DNA of 17,194 nucleotides from Bdellovibrionota bacterium FG-2 (GTDB taxonomy: Bacteria; Bdellovibrionota; UBA1018). A program made the translations under genes and the position numbers. The stretch covers positions 1 through 17,194 of the forward strand of contig JBBCAV010000138.1 of assembly GCA_051382305.1 (NCBI GenBank), read 5' to 3'. The notes under the pieces were generated by a model. It was not told the origin of the DNA and searched no databases. It was given only the letters and a program-made list of their open reading frames with translations. Below are positions 1 to 6,977 of this stretch, in pieces. Within the stretch, counting starts at the first letter, position 1. Each line of letters begins with the position of its first letter.

Positions 1-2
1 TC

Positions 3-593
3 GCAAGCATTGTCGGGTATCCGGAAGACGGGCCCTGGGCCGATCGCGCGGGACATGACCTCAACTTCTCGGCAGTCACGGGCTGCGCTTCCCTTTTTAA
101 CGAAATGCCCGCTTTGCCTCTTGCTGATCTCTTTGCGGCCTATCAGGCGGCCCTCTCTCTCGCCTCGGCAATCGCAGGCGTCGCTCGTGGCGCGACCGCG
201 GGCACTCGCACGGTGGTGAGCATGTCTGAGACCCTCAAAGATGTGCAAGGGGGCCTCATCGAAGAATTTCGCATGTCAGGAACTCCGCCCAAGCCCGAAA
301 GCACCCTTTTTTCTGGCCGTTTCCCCTGTTATCGAATCTATCACTCAAAAGACGGGCGCCGCATAGCCGTGGGCGCCATAGAGCATAAATTCTGGGAAAA
401 AGTTTGTTCAATCCTAAAGGTGCCCGAGGTATTGGATGCCGGTTTCGCAAACGGTGAAAAAGGTCAGCAGACGATTTCTCAAGTTCAAGCGGTCTTTGAA
501 GAACACGATTGGGAGCACTGGGCGCCTCTTTTTGATGGGGCCGACTGTTGCGTAGAACCCGTCCTTAATTATCAGGAAGTCTATGGGCTATAA
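3..593 (+). CDS. CaiB/BaiF (family III) CoA-transferase, AMACR-like; 5'-truncated by the window edge
   Basis: Frame 3 is open from the window start and reads ASIVGYPEDGPWADRAGHDLNFSAVTG...LPLADL. This matches the S-x-x-GY-x-x-x-GP...AGHD-x-N motif and catalytic-Asp region of family III CoA-transferases. It continues through YRIYHSKDGRRIAVGAIEHKFW and CCVEPVL. The ORF-track start at 105 is internal. Confidence 0.9.
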   Translation, partial: ASIVGYPEDGPWADRAGHDLNFSAVTGCASLFNEMPALPLADLFAAYQAALSLASAIAGVARGATAGTRTVVSMSETLKDVQGGLIEEFRMSGTPPKPESTLFSGRFPCYRIYHSKDGRRIAVGAIEHKFWEKVCSILKVPEVLDAGFANGEKGQQTISQVQAVFEEHDWEHWAPLFDGADCCVEPVLNYQEVYGL

Positions 594-1182
594 TCAAAAA
601 GACTATTTCTTCAAGAAAGCAAAAGCCGAGAACTATGCGGCGCGCTCCATTTTCAAGCTGCAGGAAATCGACACTCGCTTTCACATTCTCAAGCCGGGAT
701 TCAAGGTTTTGGACCTGGGAGCCGCGCCCGGGTCCTGGTCGCAATATGCTTCAAAGGTCGTGGGACAGAAGGGTCGAGTGATTGGACTGGATCTGCAAAA
801 AATAAAGATCACGCTCCCGAATGCAGTTTTTGTTCAGGCTGATATGCTTCGCGCCGATTTGCTTCTTATTCTCGAGAGAGAGGGAGTGCCCCCCCCCTTT
901 GATTGTGTCCTCTCGGATATGGCGCCTAATACGACAGGGATTCGAATCACTGATCAGGCGCGGTCCGCGGAGCTTTGCGAAATGGCACTCTCCATGGCCG
1001 TCAGGTTTCTGAAACCGAGTGGGAGCTTTGTTTGCAAACTTTTTCATAGCGACGAATTTGAGGGTTTTAGGAAACAGGTGCGGGTGCATTTTGAAAAAGT
1101 CGAAGTTCTACGCCCCAAAAGCACCCGCAAAGAGAGCAAAGAAATTTTCTTCATTGCGCAGGGTTTTAAGGGAACAACATAG
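583..1182 (+). CDS. rlmE: 23S rRNA U2552 2'-O-methyltransferase RlmE/FtsJ
   Basis: Motifs DYFFKKAKAENYAARSIFKLQEID, VLDLGAAPGSWSQ (SAM binding), SDMAPNTTG, FVCKLF and RPKSTRKESKEIF (K-D-K-E tetrad). Overlaps the upstream gene by 11 nt. Confidence 0.96.
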   Translation: MGYNQKDYFFKKAKAENYAARSIFKLQEIDTRFHILKPGFKVLDLGAAPGSWSQYASKVVGQKGRVIGLDLQKIKITLPNAVFVQADMLRADLLLILEREGVPPPFDCVLSDMAPNTTGIRITDQARSAELCEMALSMAVRFLKPSGSFVCKLFHSDEFEGFRKQVRVHFEKVEVLRPKSTRKESKEIFFIAQGFKGTT

Positions 1183-1185
1183 CGT

Positions 1186-1812
1186 ATGTTTGTCTTCTCA
1201 AATCTTGCGACAAGCCTTGATGGGAAAATCGCAACGGCAGGTCGCGTGCATTTCCCCTTAGGAACTCCGACTGATCGCAAGCAGATGCAGGTCCTCCGGA
1301 AAAAAAGTGACGCGATCATTTTCGGCGCCTCGACGTTGCGATCTTATAAGAGAACCTGTCGAATCACTTCCGCGAAACAGCAGCCGATCAACGCAATCCT
1401 TAGCCGAAGTCTAGAGGGAATTTCACCTCGGTGGCCGTTTTTTGGTGATTCCGAGGTTCGGCGAATTCTTTTCGTCACCTCAGCCGTGCCCAAAGCCCAA
1501 TTACATCTTTTTCGTAAAACCTGCGAAGTCATCACTGTCAAAAATGCGACACAAGTGATTCGCGAACTTTCCAAGCGTGGAGTTCAAGACCTTCTCGTGG
1601 AGGGCGGCGGAGAAGTGATGTGGTTTTTTGTAAAAGACAATCTCATCGATGAATTCCACGTCACCCTAACTCCTCGAATTCTCGGCGGAACCGAGGCGCC
1701 GACTCTTGTTGACGGAACGGGGTTCAGTCCCTTCGCTAGCCTCAAGCTAACGCTGCAGCGAGTGAAAAAAATCGGAGACGAGTTGTTTCTCGTTTATCAC
1801 AAAATCTTCTAA
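1186..1812 (+). CDS. Stand-alone RibD C-terminal (DHFR-fold) pyrimidine reductase family protein
   Basis: Motifs ATSLDGKIA, LRKKSDAIIFGASTLR, LLVEGGGEV, LIDEF and PRILGG-x-x-APTLVDG. No deaminase domain. Confidence 0.88.
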   Translation: MFVFSNLATSLDGKIATAGRVHFPLGTPTDRKQMQVLRKKSDAIIFGASTLRSYKRTCRITSAKQQPINAILSRSLEGISPRWPFFGDSEVRRILFVTSAVPKAQLHLFRKTCEVITVKNATQVIRELSKRGVQDLLVEGGGEVMWFFVKDNLIDEFHVTLTPRILGGTEAPTLVDGTGFSPFASLKLTLQRVKKIGDELFLVYHKIF

Positions 1813-1814
1813 CC

Positions 1815-2828
1815 ATGTGGGTCGCCAAACCTTTCTCACGCTTGAGTCCTTCTGAACTTGCCAGCTGGTCGGGTGTTCTGGAGCACCGCGCGGGACTTGG
1901 CGAAGACGTTCCGCTTGCGCAGACCCCGGAGTGGTGCCGCGCCATTGATTCAAGTGGAGGTGCCAGCTTCATTGTCTTTGATGCCGATCGATACGTGGGA
2001 GGCACCCTCTTTGCGTCGCCCGGAGAAAATGATTCCATTTGCTTTGAATGCACCAACGGCCCTCTCCTTGATTGGTCCTCAAAAGAGGAGCTTCCTGCTC
2101 AAATCGGCATGTTCTCTTTGGCTTGTTCGAAGCTTCACTCCCGCTTTGGTAATGTGCAAATGCGCCCGCGATGGCGGGTGGAACGTTTTTCCGAAACGAT
2201 TGTAAATGTCCCCATCGAGTGCGTGCAGACCCATCAAGCCGCAACTCTCCTGCTGAGTTTAGGCTCCGAACTCAAAACGAAAAAACGTTTTACCCCGAGA
2301 CTTCAGCGTACGCTTCGAAAAACTCTTGAAACGCAACCCGAGCTTCGCTTTGTTCCGATGAACCAAGATAAGCTCGATAGTTTCGTGCCGCGGATGCGTA
2401 GCTTTGGTCAGGAACATGGATTTTATGTTCCCGAGCTGCCGTGGTTCAAGGGATTATTGCAAACAACAGAGTCGCTACAGTCTCCGAACACGACCTTTTG
2501 GCTTTCCCAGGCGCTCTGGCCCTCAGGCCCATGGCAAGAAGCCTGCGCATCTCTCTTGATAGCCGTTTTCAGGGGTCATGCGCATTATCTTTTTGGCTAC
2601 GATTTAAAACCCTCGTCAATGCCCTCGTCTCTTAGCCCTGCTTCTGCCGCTCACTGGAAGGCGATTTGCGAATGTATCCGCCTCGGATGCACCACTTACG
2701 ATCTCAATGGCTATGTCGAGAATGTGGACCCTTCACATGCCTACGCGGGTGTTTGCAAATTTAAAGAGCAGTTCGGCGCCGACCTGCTCAAGTACGTCTC
2801 TCCTGAGTTTATCGTCGAGCGAGACTAA
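1815..2828 (+). CDS. FemABX-like / GNAT-fold transferase (peptidoglycan-bridge aminoacyltransferase-like)
   Basis: N-terminal LAQTPEW; C-terminal AHYLFG, AAHWKAI...GCTTYDLNG and GVCKFKEQFGA, the YD-x-x-G...G-x-x-x-FK-x-x-FG signature of FemABX/Acetyltransf_6 proteins. Starts 2 nt after the upstream stop. Confidence 0.72.
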   Translation: MWVAKPFSRLSPSELASWSGVLEHRAGLGEDVPLAQTPEWCRAIDSSGGASFIVFDADRYVGGTLFASPGENDSICFECTNGPLLDWSSKEELPAQIGMFSLACSKLHSRFGNVQMRPRWRVERFSETIVNVPIECVQTHQAATLLLSLGSELKTKKRFTPRLQRTLRKTLETQPELRFVPMNQDKLDSFVPRMRSFGQEHGFYVPELPWFKGLLQTTESLQSPNTTFWLSQALWPSGPWQEACASLLIAVFRGHAHYLFGYDLKPSSMPSSLSPASAAHWKAICECIRLGCTTYDLNGYVENVDPSHAYAGVCKFKEQFGADLLKYVSPEFIVERD

Positions 2829-4038
2829 TCCGCCTTCTTAATTCATCAAGCACCCGCGGCGAAACACCCCAGACATTGAGGGACTTGAGATCTTTTTCTG
2901 CTAGATCTCGAAAACTTTCAGGAGGCACGTCCCCAAGCAACTTCAAAATTTCTGCTTCAGATTTTTTATCCGGAATTAGATATCCGGTGAACCATTGAAA
3001 CACCTGTACCTGATCAGCAACGGCCTCCGCCCGGCGAAGCCCTTCTTCTCCACCTGACTCCAAACCTGAAAAAAATTCTTGCCGCTGTTGAGGGCGGACA
3101 AAAACGACAGAGCCCCGCTTTTCGGCATAAGGATTATCGCCATGAGCAATCAGCAACTTCTCACTCGGAAAATCAATATAGCGATGGTTATCCCAGCGCC
3201 TTTTTAGGACGTCAGGAGAAGTGGGCCCAACCTGTGGGCGCACGGCACTCACAAATCTTGTTTCACACGGGATATTGAGCACCTGCGCTGAAACGCACAT
3301 AAAATCGCCAACAATATGGCAGTTTCCGATTCGCCCCCCCTTCAGAAACTCCAAATAGTTCTCCGGCGTGGGCGTTTTGTAAACAAAAGCTGGGGGCTTA
3401 CTTTTTTCAGAATCAACAACTCGGTGATCAACTGAGGTCCCCACCCAAGTCGCGGTTTTTCTAACCGTCTCAGCTTGAGTTTTCCCCAGAAACTTTTGTG
3501 CGCCAAATGCGGAGTCGGGTTCTTCAATATAATGCAAATAATCCAAGCTCGCCGTTTGTACGGTATTCTTATAAGAAAGAAGTTTAGGCAAATCCTTCGC
3601 CGAATAGTCCCTCAAACTCCAGGGAAGTTTCCCTCGCAGCTCAAGCCACATGGAAAAGGCCGTCTTACGCAAAAACAGAGTCCGGTGCCACGCTTCTTCT
3701 CGATTATTCTGCAAATCAGGTCGAGGGGGGATTGCCGGAAGACGGCCCTCCGTGCGCTCAAGATTATCAATCAAAGCCCAAAACTGCTCTCGTTCGAGCG
3801 CACTCCACGAGCCAATCTCAATAGCCTGCACAATGGCTGGGTTTTGAGACAAATACTCTTCGTAGATCTTCTTTTTTAGCCCTTCGGTCGAAACCGGGCG
3901 CTCACTCGACTGGCAAACGGGCGCGCCCGCAGGCGCGCCCGCAGGCGCGTTCTTAGACGCGTCGCCCGGAGCCGAATATGCAACACGACCTTGAACTCCT
4001 AACAAAACAATTAGAAAAATGGCAAAATCCATGAACAC
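2809..4038 (-). CDS. Secreted transglutaminase-like (Cys-His-Asp, papain-like fold) protein
   Basis: GTG start with GGGAG 7 nt upstream and a hydrophobic signal peptide (FAIFLIVLLGVQGRVAYSA). Core pattern TATWV...LKGGRIGNC(240)HIVGDFMCVSAQVLNIPC...NH(285)RYID...HGD(301)NP. The 3' end overlaps the convergent gene by 20 nt. Confidence 0.68.
   Translation of the reverse strand: MFMDFAIFLIVLLGVQGRVAYSAPGDASKNAPAGAPAGAPVCQSSERPVSTEGLKKKIYEEYLSQNPAIVQAIEIGSWSALEREQFWALIDNLERTEGRLPAIPPRPDLQNNREEAWHRTLFLRKTAFSMWLELRGKLPWSLRDYSAKDLPKLLSYKNTVQTASLDYLHYIEEPDSAFGAQKFLGKTQAETVRKTATWVGTSVDHRVVDSEKSKPPAFVYKTPTPENYLEFLKGGRIGNCHIVGDFMCVSAQVLNIPCETRFVSAVRPQVGPTSPDVLKRRWDNHRYIDFPSEKLLIAHGDNPYAEKRGSVVFVRPQQRQEFFSGLESGGEEGLRRAEAVADQVQVFQWFTGYLIPDKKSEAEILKLLGDVPPESFRDLAEKDLKSLNVWGVSPRVLDELRRRISLARR
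3920..3949. repeat. Perfect 12-bp tandem repeat (GGCGCGCCCGCA x2.5) encoding APAG-APAG-AP
   Basis: Read directly: units at 3920-3931 and 3932-3943, partial unit at 3944-3949. Confidence 0.9.
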
Positions 4039-4103
4039 TCAGAGTCTCCCTGCTATCAGTCTAACACATAACGCGGCCCGAACGCTGAAAGCGGGCGTCA
4101 TTT

Positions 4104-4130
4104 AATTTACGTAATTTACGCTAAATTTAC
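4104..4130. promoter_or_regulatory. Three AATTTAC direct repeats, candidate transcription-factor site between divergent genes
   Basis: AATTTAC at 4104-4110, 4113-4119 and 4124-4130, including the palindrome TTACGTAA at 4107-4114. The array abuts the putative -35 of clpP. Confidence 0.5.
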
Positions 4131-4131
4131 A

Positions 4132-4160
4132 CTGGCATTTTTTTCTAGGGAAGTTACTCT
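4132..4160 (+). promoter_or_regulatory. Putative sigma70 promoter of clpP (possibly leaderless)
   Basis: CTGGCA (4132-4137) - 17 nt - TACTCT (4155-4160). The ATG follows 7 nt later, and no SD is present. Confidence 0.4.
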
Positions 4161-4167
4161 AACCTTT

Positions 4168-4731
4168 ATGGAAAACCATTTCTTCACTCCGATGGATCAA
4201 GCCCTTTTAGACCGCCGAATGATCATGATGTCCGGCGAGGTTCATTCTAAACTGGCAAAAGAAGTTAACAAAGCTTTGCTCGCTTTGGACAATCTAGACT
4301 CAAAGAAGCCCATCTATCTTTTGATCAACAGTCCCGGCGGCGAGATCAACTCAGGGTTTTCCATTTATGATACGGCTCGGTTCATCAATGCCGAAGTCAA
4401 GACCGTGGTTATCGGACTTGCGGCAAGCATGGGCTCGCTGATCGCGCTATGTGCAAAAAAAAAAAACCGCCTCGCTTTTCCCAATAGCAAGTTTCTCATT
4501 CACCAGCCCCTGGTATCAGGTACGTTACAAGGCCAGGCCTCCGATCTCGCAATTCACGCAAAAGATATCGTAAAAACGAAGCTCAAAATCAATCAACTCT
4601 ACGCCAAGGAAACGGGACGCCCCCTCGAAGAGATCGTGAAAGCAACGGATCGCGACAATTGGCTGGATGTCGAAGAAGCGCTCCAATTCGGCCTGATCAG
4701 CCGAATTATTTCAAAGTTCTCAGAACTCTAA
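4168..4731 (+). CDS. clpP: ATP-dependent Clp protease proteolytic subunit (short orphan paralog)
   Basis: Motifs IYLLINSPGG, GLAASMGS (catalytic Ser), FLIHQP (His) and TDRDNWL (Asp). 187 aa with no propeptide; no tig or clpX alongside. Confidence 0.95.
   Translation: MENHFFTPMDQALLDRRMIMMSGEVHSKLAKEVNKALLALDNLDSKKPIYLLINSPGGEINSGFSIYDTARFINAEVKTVVIGLAASMGSLIALCAKKKNRLAFPNSKFLIHQPLVSGTLQGQASDLAIHAKDIVKTKLKINQLYAKETGRPLEEIVKATDRDNWLDVEEALQFGLISRIISKFSEL
4455..4466 (+). repeat. A12 homopolymer inside clpP (in frame, A-K-K-K-N)
   Basis: gtgc-AAAAAAAAAAAA-ccgc read directly. Confidence 0.9.
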
Positions 4732-5198
4732 CGAATTCGCTTTGCGAGTGCATCCATCATTGCATTGAATTTCTGGGCAACGTCCTGGAAGTCGTCTTTA
4801 GGTCGCAGACGGACCCGCGCACTCATGTCGCCTTGCTCGATGGAACTAAAGATTCGTTTAAAATGAAACATCGGACCCGCAGTCCGATGAGAGAGAATTA
4901 TGCCCATACCCACCACCGCGAGTAAAAATATAAACGAACCGGCCCCGAGCTTCAGGAGAATTTCATGAAGCTCCCGATACAAGAGCGCCTTTGCCTCAGC
5001 AGTCATAGGACTCATATCGACTAAGATCGCGTAGTTCTCGCGGACGTAGAAATAGAAAACGGCAGCATTTACAAAAATCAGCGCAAGCCCCGTTGTGCTA
5101 ATCCAGAAAACATATTTCAGCTGATATGCGGGGTTGATGAGGATGTTCAAAAGTCGCCTTTGACTTCTTCCCCCTAATTTTTTATCTGTGGTTCGCAT
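4728..5198 (-). CDS. Small membrane protein with two TM helices and a C-terminal HAMP domain, no output domain
   Basis: RRLLNILINPAYQLKY, TM1 (VFWISTTGLALIFVNAAVFYFYV), TM2 (GSFIFLLAVVGMGIILS), then HAMP (HRTAGPMFHFKRIFSSIEQGDMSARVRLRPKDDFQDVAQKFNAMM). ATG 5198 is preferred because AAGGGG lies 8 nt upstream. The stop overlaps the clpP stop (CTAA 4728-4731). Confidence 0.85.
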   Translation of the reverse strand: MRTTDKKLGGRSQRRLLNILINPAYQLKYVFWISTTGLALIFVNAAVFYFYVRENYAILVDMSPMTAEAKALLYRELHEILLKLGAGSFIFLLAVVGMGIILSHRTAGPMFHFKRIFSSIEQGDMSARVRLRPKDDFQDVAQKFNAMMDALAKRIR

Positions 5199-5530
5199 GC
5201 GGTGCACCCCTTCGCTTTTATTCCATCCTGAGCTGTAGCCACAACTTGCTGCAGCGTTTCAATTTGAATCTGTGAGACAAGAATGTTTGAATTTACTTTG
5301 ATTCGTTTTGAAGCTTCGCTTTTGTCGAGTTTAGCGAGAAAATATTGGTTTTTCTTCAAAACGTCCTCGGTAAGAACTTTAAGGCCGAGGTTCTTTTTTA
5401 CGATCCCACAGCACTGATCACAATTTTCGCATGCGTAGACGACAGAATTTTGACAGATTGCCCAAAACACGGCAATACTAATAGAAACAAGGGGCCCTCG
5501 GAACAATGCTCGACAGCGTATCGAAAACAA
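5174..5530 (-). CDS. Hypothetical secreted helical protein with N-terminal CxxCxxCC and C-terminal CxxC
   Basis: Likely TTG start at 5530 (GAGGTG 7 nt upstream). Signal-peptide-like segment ending VYA, then CENCDQCC, a heptad-rich helical body and GCTAC. Overlaps the HAMP gene start. The start position is uncertain. Confidence 0.65.
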   Translation of the reverse strand: MFSIRCRALFRGPLVSISIAVFWAICQNSVVYACENCDQCCGIVKKNLGLKVLTEDVLKKNQYFLAKLDKSEASKRIKVNSNILVSQIQIETLQQVVATAQDGIKAKGCTACEPQIKN

Positions 5531-5558
5531 ATTCTCACACCTCTGAGATCTATTAGAG

Positions 5559-6977
5559 ATGAAAACCACCCCTTCGATCAAGCGAATTCTTGTCAGAGCT
5601 ATAGGCCTCGGTTTTGTCTTCATAATCGGCAATGCCACACTCCCCTCGTCTCATGCTGCGCCCGCGCCTCCAAGGCCCGTAGCCCCTGAGGCTCTCCCTC
5701 TAGAAAAAGCCCTTGAACGCGCCGTCGCGCAACTTCACCAACTCAAACTCGAATTTGAAAAGAAAGAAATCGCGTACGATAGGGCCTGGGACCAGATGTT
5801 TATGCCCACCGTGAGCTTAAGTGCTTCCACGAATTCTGCAAAGACCCTTACCCACCTGAAAAACACAAACGCCGATCTCACGGGAGAAACCTCCTATAAT
5901 CACGGATATCCCGCCTCAAGCATTGGGATCTCCCTGGCGAGCTATACCCTTTTCAACTCCTTCAGAGACCAACTCAATTACGAAAATGCCCGCATTCAGT
6001 GGGACCAAGACCGACTCGATTATGCGCAAAACCTCCGAGTGAAACGTAATGAAACAAAAAAAACCTACTTCAAACTTAAAATGGAGCAGGAGAAGTTCGA
6101 GGCGGCAAAAAGGTCGCTCATGATTTCGCAGGCCATCTCAGACCTCGTTAAGGCGACCCTTGCTGCAAAAAAAGCGACCGAACGCGATGTTTCCTCCGCG
6201 AATGTTGATCTACTTAATGCCAAAAACCTAGTCAACGACGCTGAAAAGTCAGTCATGAATGAAATGTCCAATCTCAACAAACTCCTCAACGACACGGTCG
6301 ACAAACAATACCGGCTTACCACCGAGCTTCAGTTTCTGCCGATTGCCATCAATGAAGAACAAATTTTAAAACTCTATTATGCCCAAGCCCCAAACTTTCG
6401 GGCGCTCAAGGCTTCGATCCGCCAGGCCGAAATTGGGGTTGAGTCCGCGGAAAAGGATCGACTCCCCCTCCCTACTGTCACCTTTAATGGTTTCAATATC
6501 GCTTACGCGCAAGGTTACTACGGGCCCACCCACACCCCCATCACTACTGACAAAGATGGGCGCATCGAAGTCGGCGCTTCTATTTCCCTTTCTATCCCTA
6601 TTTTTGGTCCTGATGGTTTTTTCAAAAGCCGCAGCCTTCGCGAGCGCGTAATCGACCGCACGATTGCGGAAACAAATTTTAGTCAAAGGATTCTGGCAGA
6701 CCAAATCGATCTCAAATCGGGTCTGTCTGCTATCAAACAGCAGCAAAAAAACATCATAAACCTCAAAGAAAGCTACGAAAACTCCGCAACTCTTTTAGAT
6801 AGCCTCATTGCCCAGATGAACACCGGTGCGGTGAGCCGCTTAGAGCGACGAGATGCTATTAATCAAGTCGTGGATACGGAATTCAAATTGAAAGACCTCT
6901 ATCTCGCCCACCTCACCGCAAAGCTTGCCCTTGCTGAGTTTGTAGGGCTCGATAAGCTCCCAGGAGATCTTTACTGA
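5559..6977 (+). CDS. TolC-family outer-membrane efflux/secretion channel
   Basis: Signal peptide ending SHA, then LPLEKALERAV and two repeats of the TolC pattern (MPTVSLSAS...ISLASYTLFNSF; LPTVTF...ISLSIPIF) separated by long helices. Also YFKL and GAVSRLE motifs. 472 aa. Confidence 0.85.
   Translation: MKTTPSIKRILVRAIGLGFVFIIGNATLPSSHAAPAPPRPVAPEALPLEKALERAVAQLHQLKLEFEKKEIAYDRAWDQMFMPTVSLSASTNSAKTLTHLKNTNADLTGETSYNHGYPASSIGISLASYTLFNSFRDQLNYENARIQWDQDRLDYAQNLRVKRNETKKTYFKLKMEQEKFEAAKRSLMISQAISDLVKATLAAKKATERDVSSANVDLLNAKNLVNDAEKSVMNEMSNLNKLLNDTVDKQYRLTTELQFLPIAINEEQILKLYYAQAPNFRALKASIRQAEIGVESAEKDRLPLPTVTFNGFNIAYAQGYYGPTHTPITTDKDGRIEVGASISLSIPIFGPDGFFKSRSLRERVIDRTIAETNFSQRILADQIDLKSGLSAIKQQQKNIINLKESYENSATLLDSLIAQMNTGAVSRLERRDAINQVVDTEFKLKDLYLAHLTAKLALAEFVGLDKLPGDLY

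Noticed and set aside
4071..4098. GC-rich stem-loop ACGCGGCCCGAACGCTGAAAGCGGGCGT as a riboswitch or terminator
   Set aside because: The stem is short and bulged, lacks recognisable riboswitch motifs, and lies between divergent genes where a terminator is not expected.
4125..4139. ATTTACACTGGCATT as a LexA box of TTAC-N3-GTAA type (motif recalled for Bdellovibrio, unverified)
   Set aside because: The right half-site is GGCA, with two of four mismatches. The direct-repeat reading fits better.
4133..4148. TGGCA upstream of clpP as a sigma54 promoter
   Set aside because: There is no GC at the -12 position (reads TGGCATTTTTTTCTA).
5531..5638. Longer start for the Cys-rich ORF (5638)
   Set aside because: It would overlap tolC head-to-head by 80 nt and bury the signal peptide. 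TTG 5530 has an SD.
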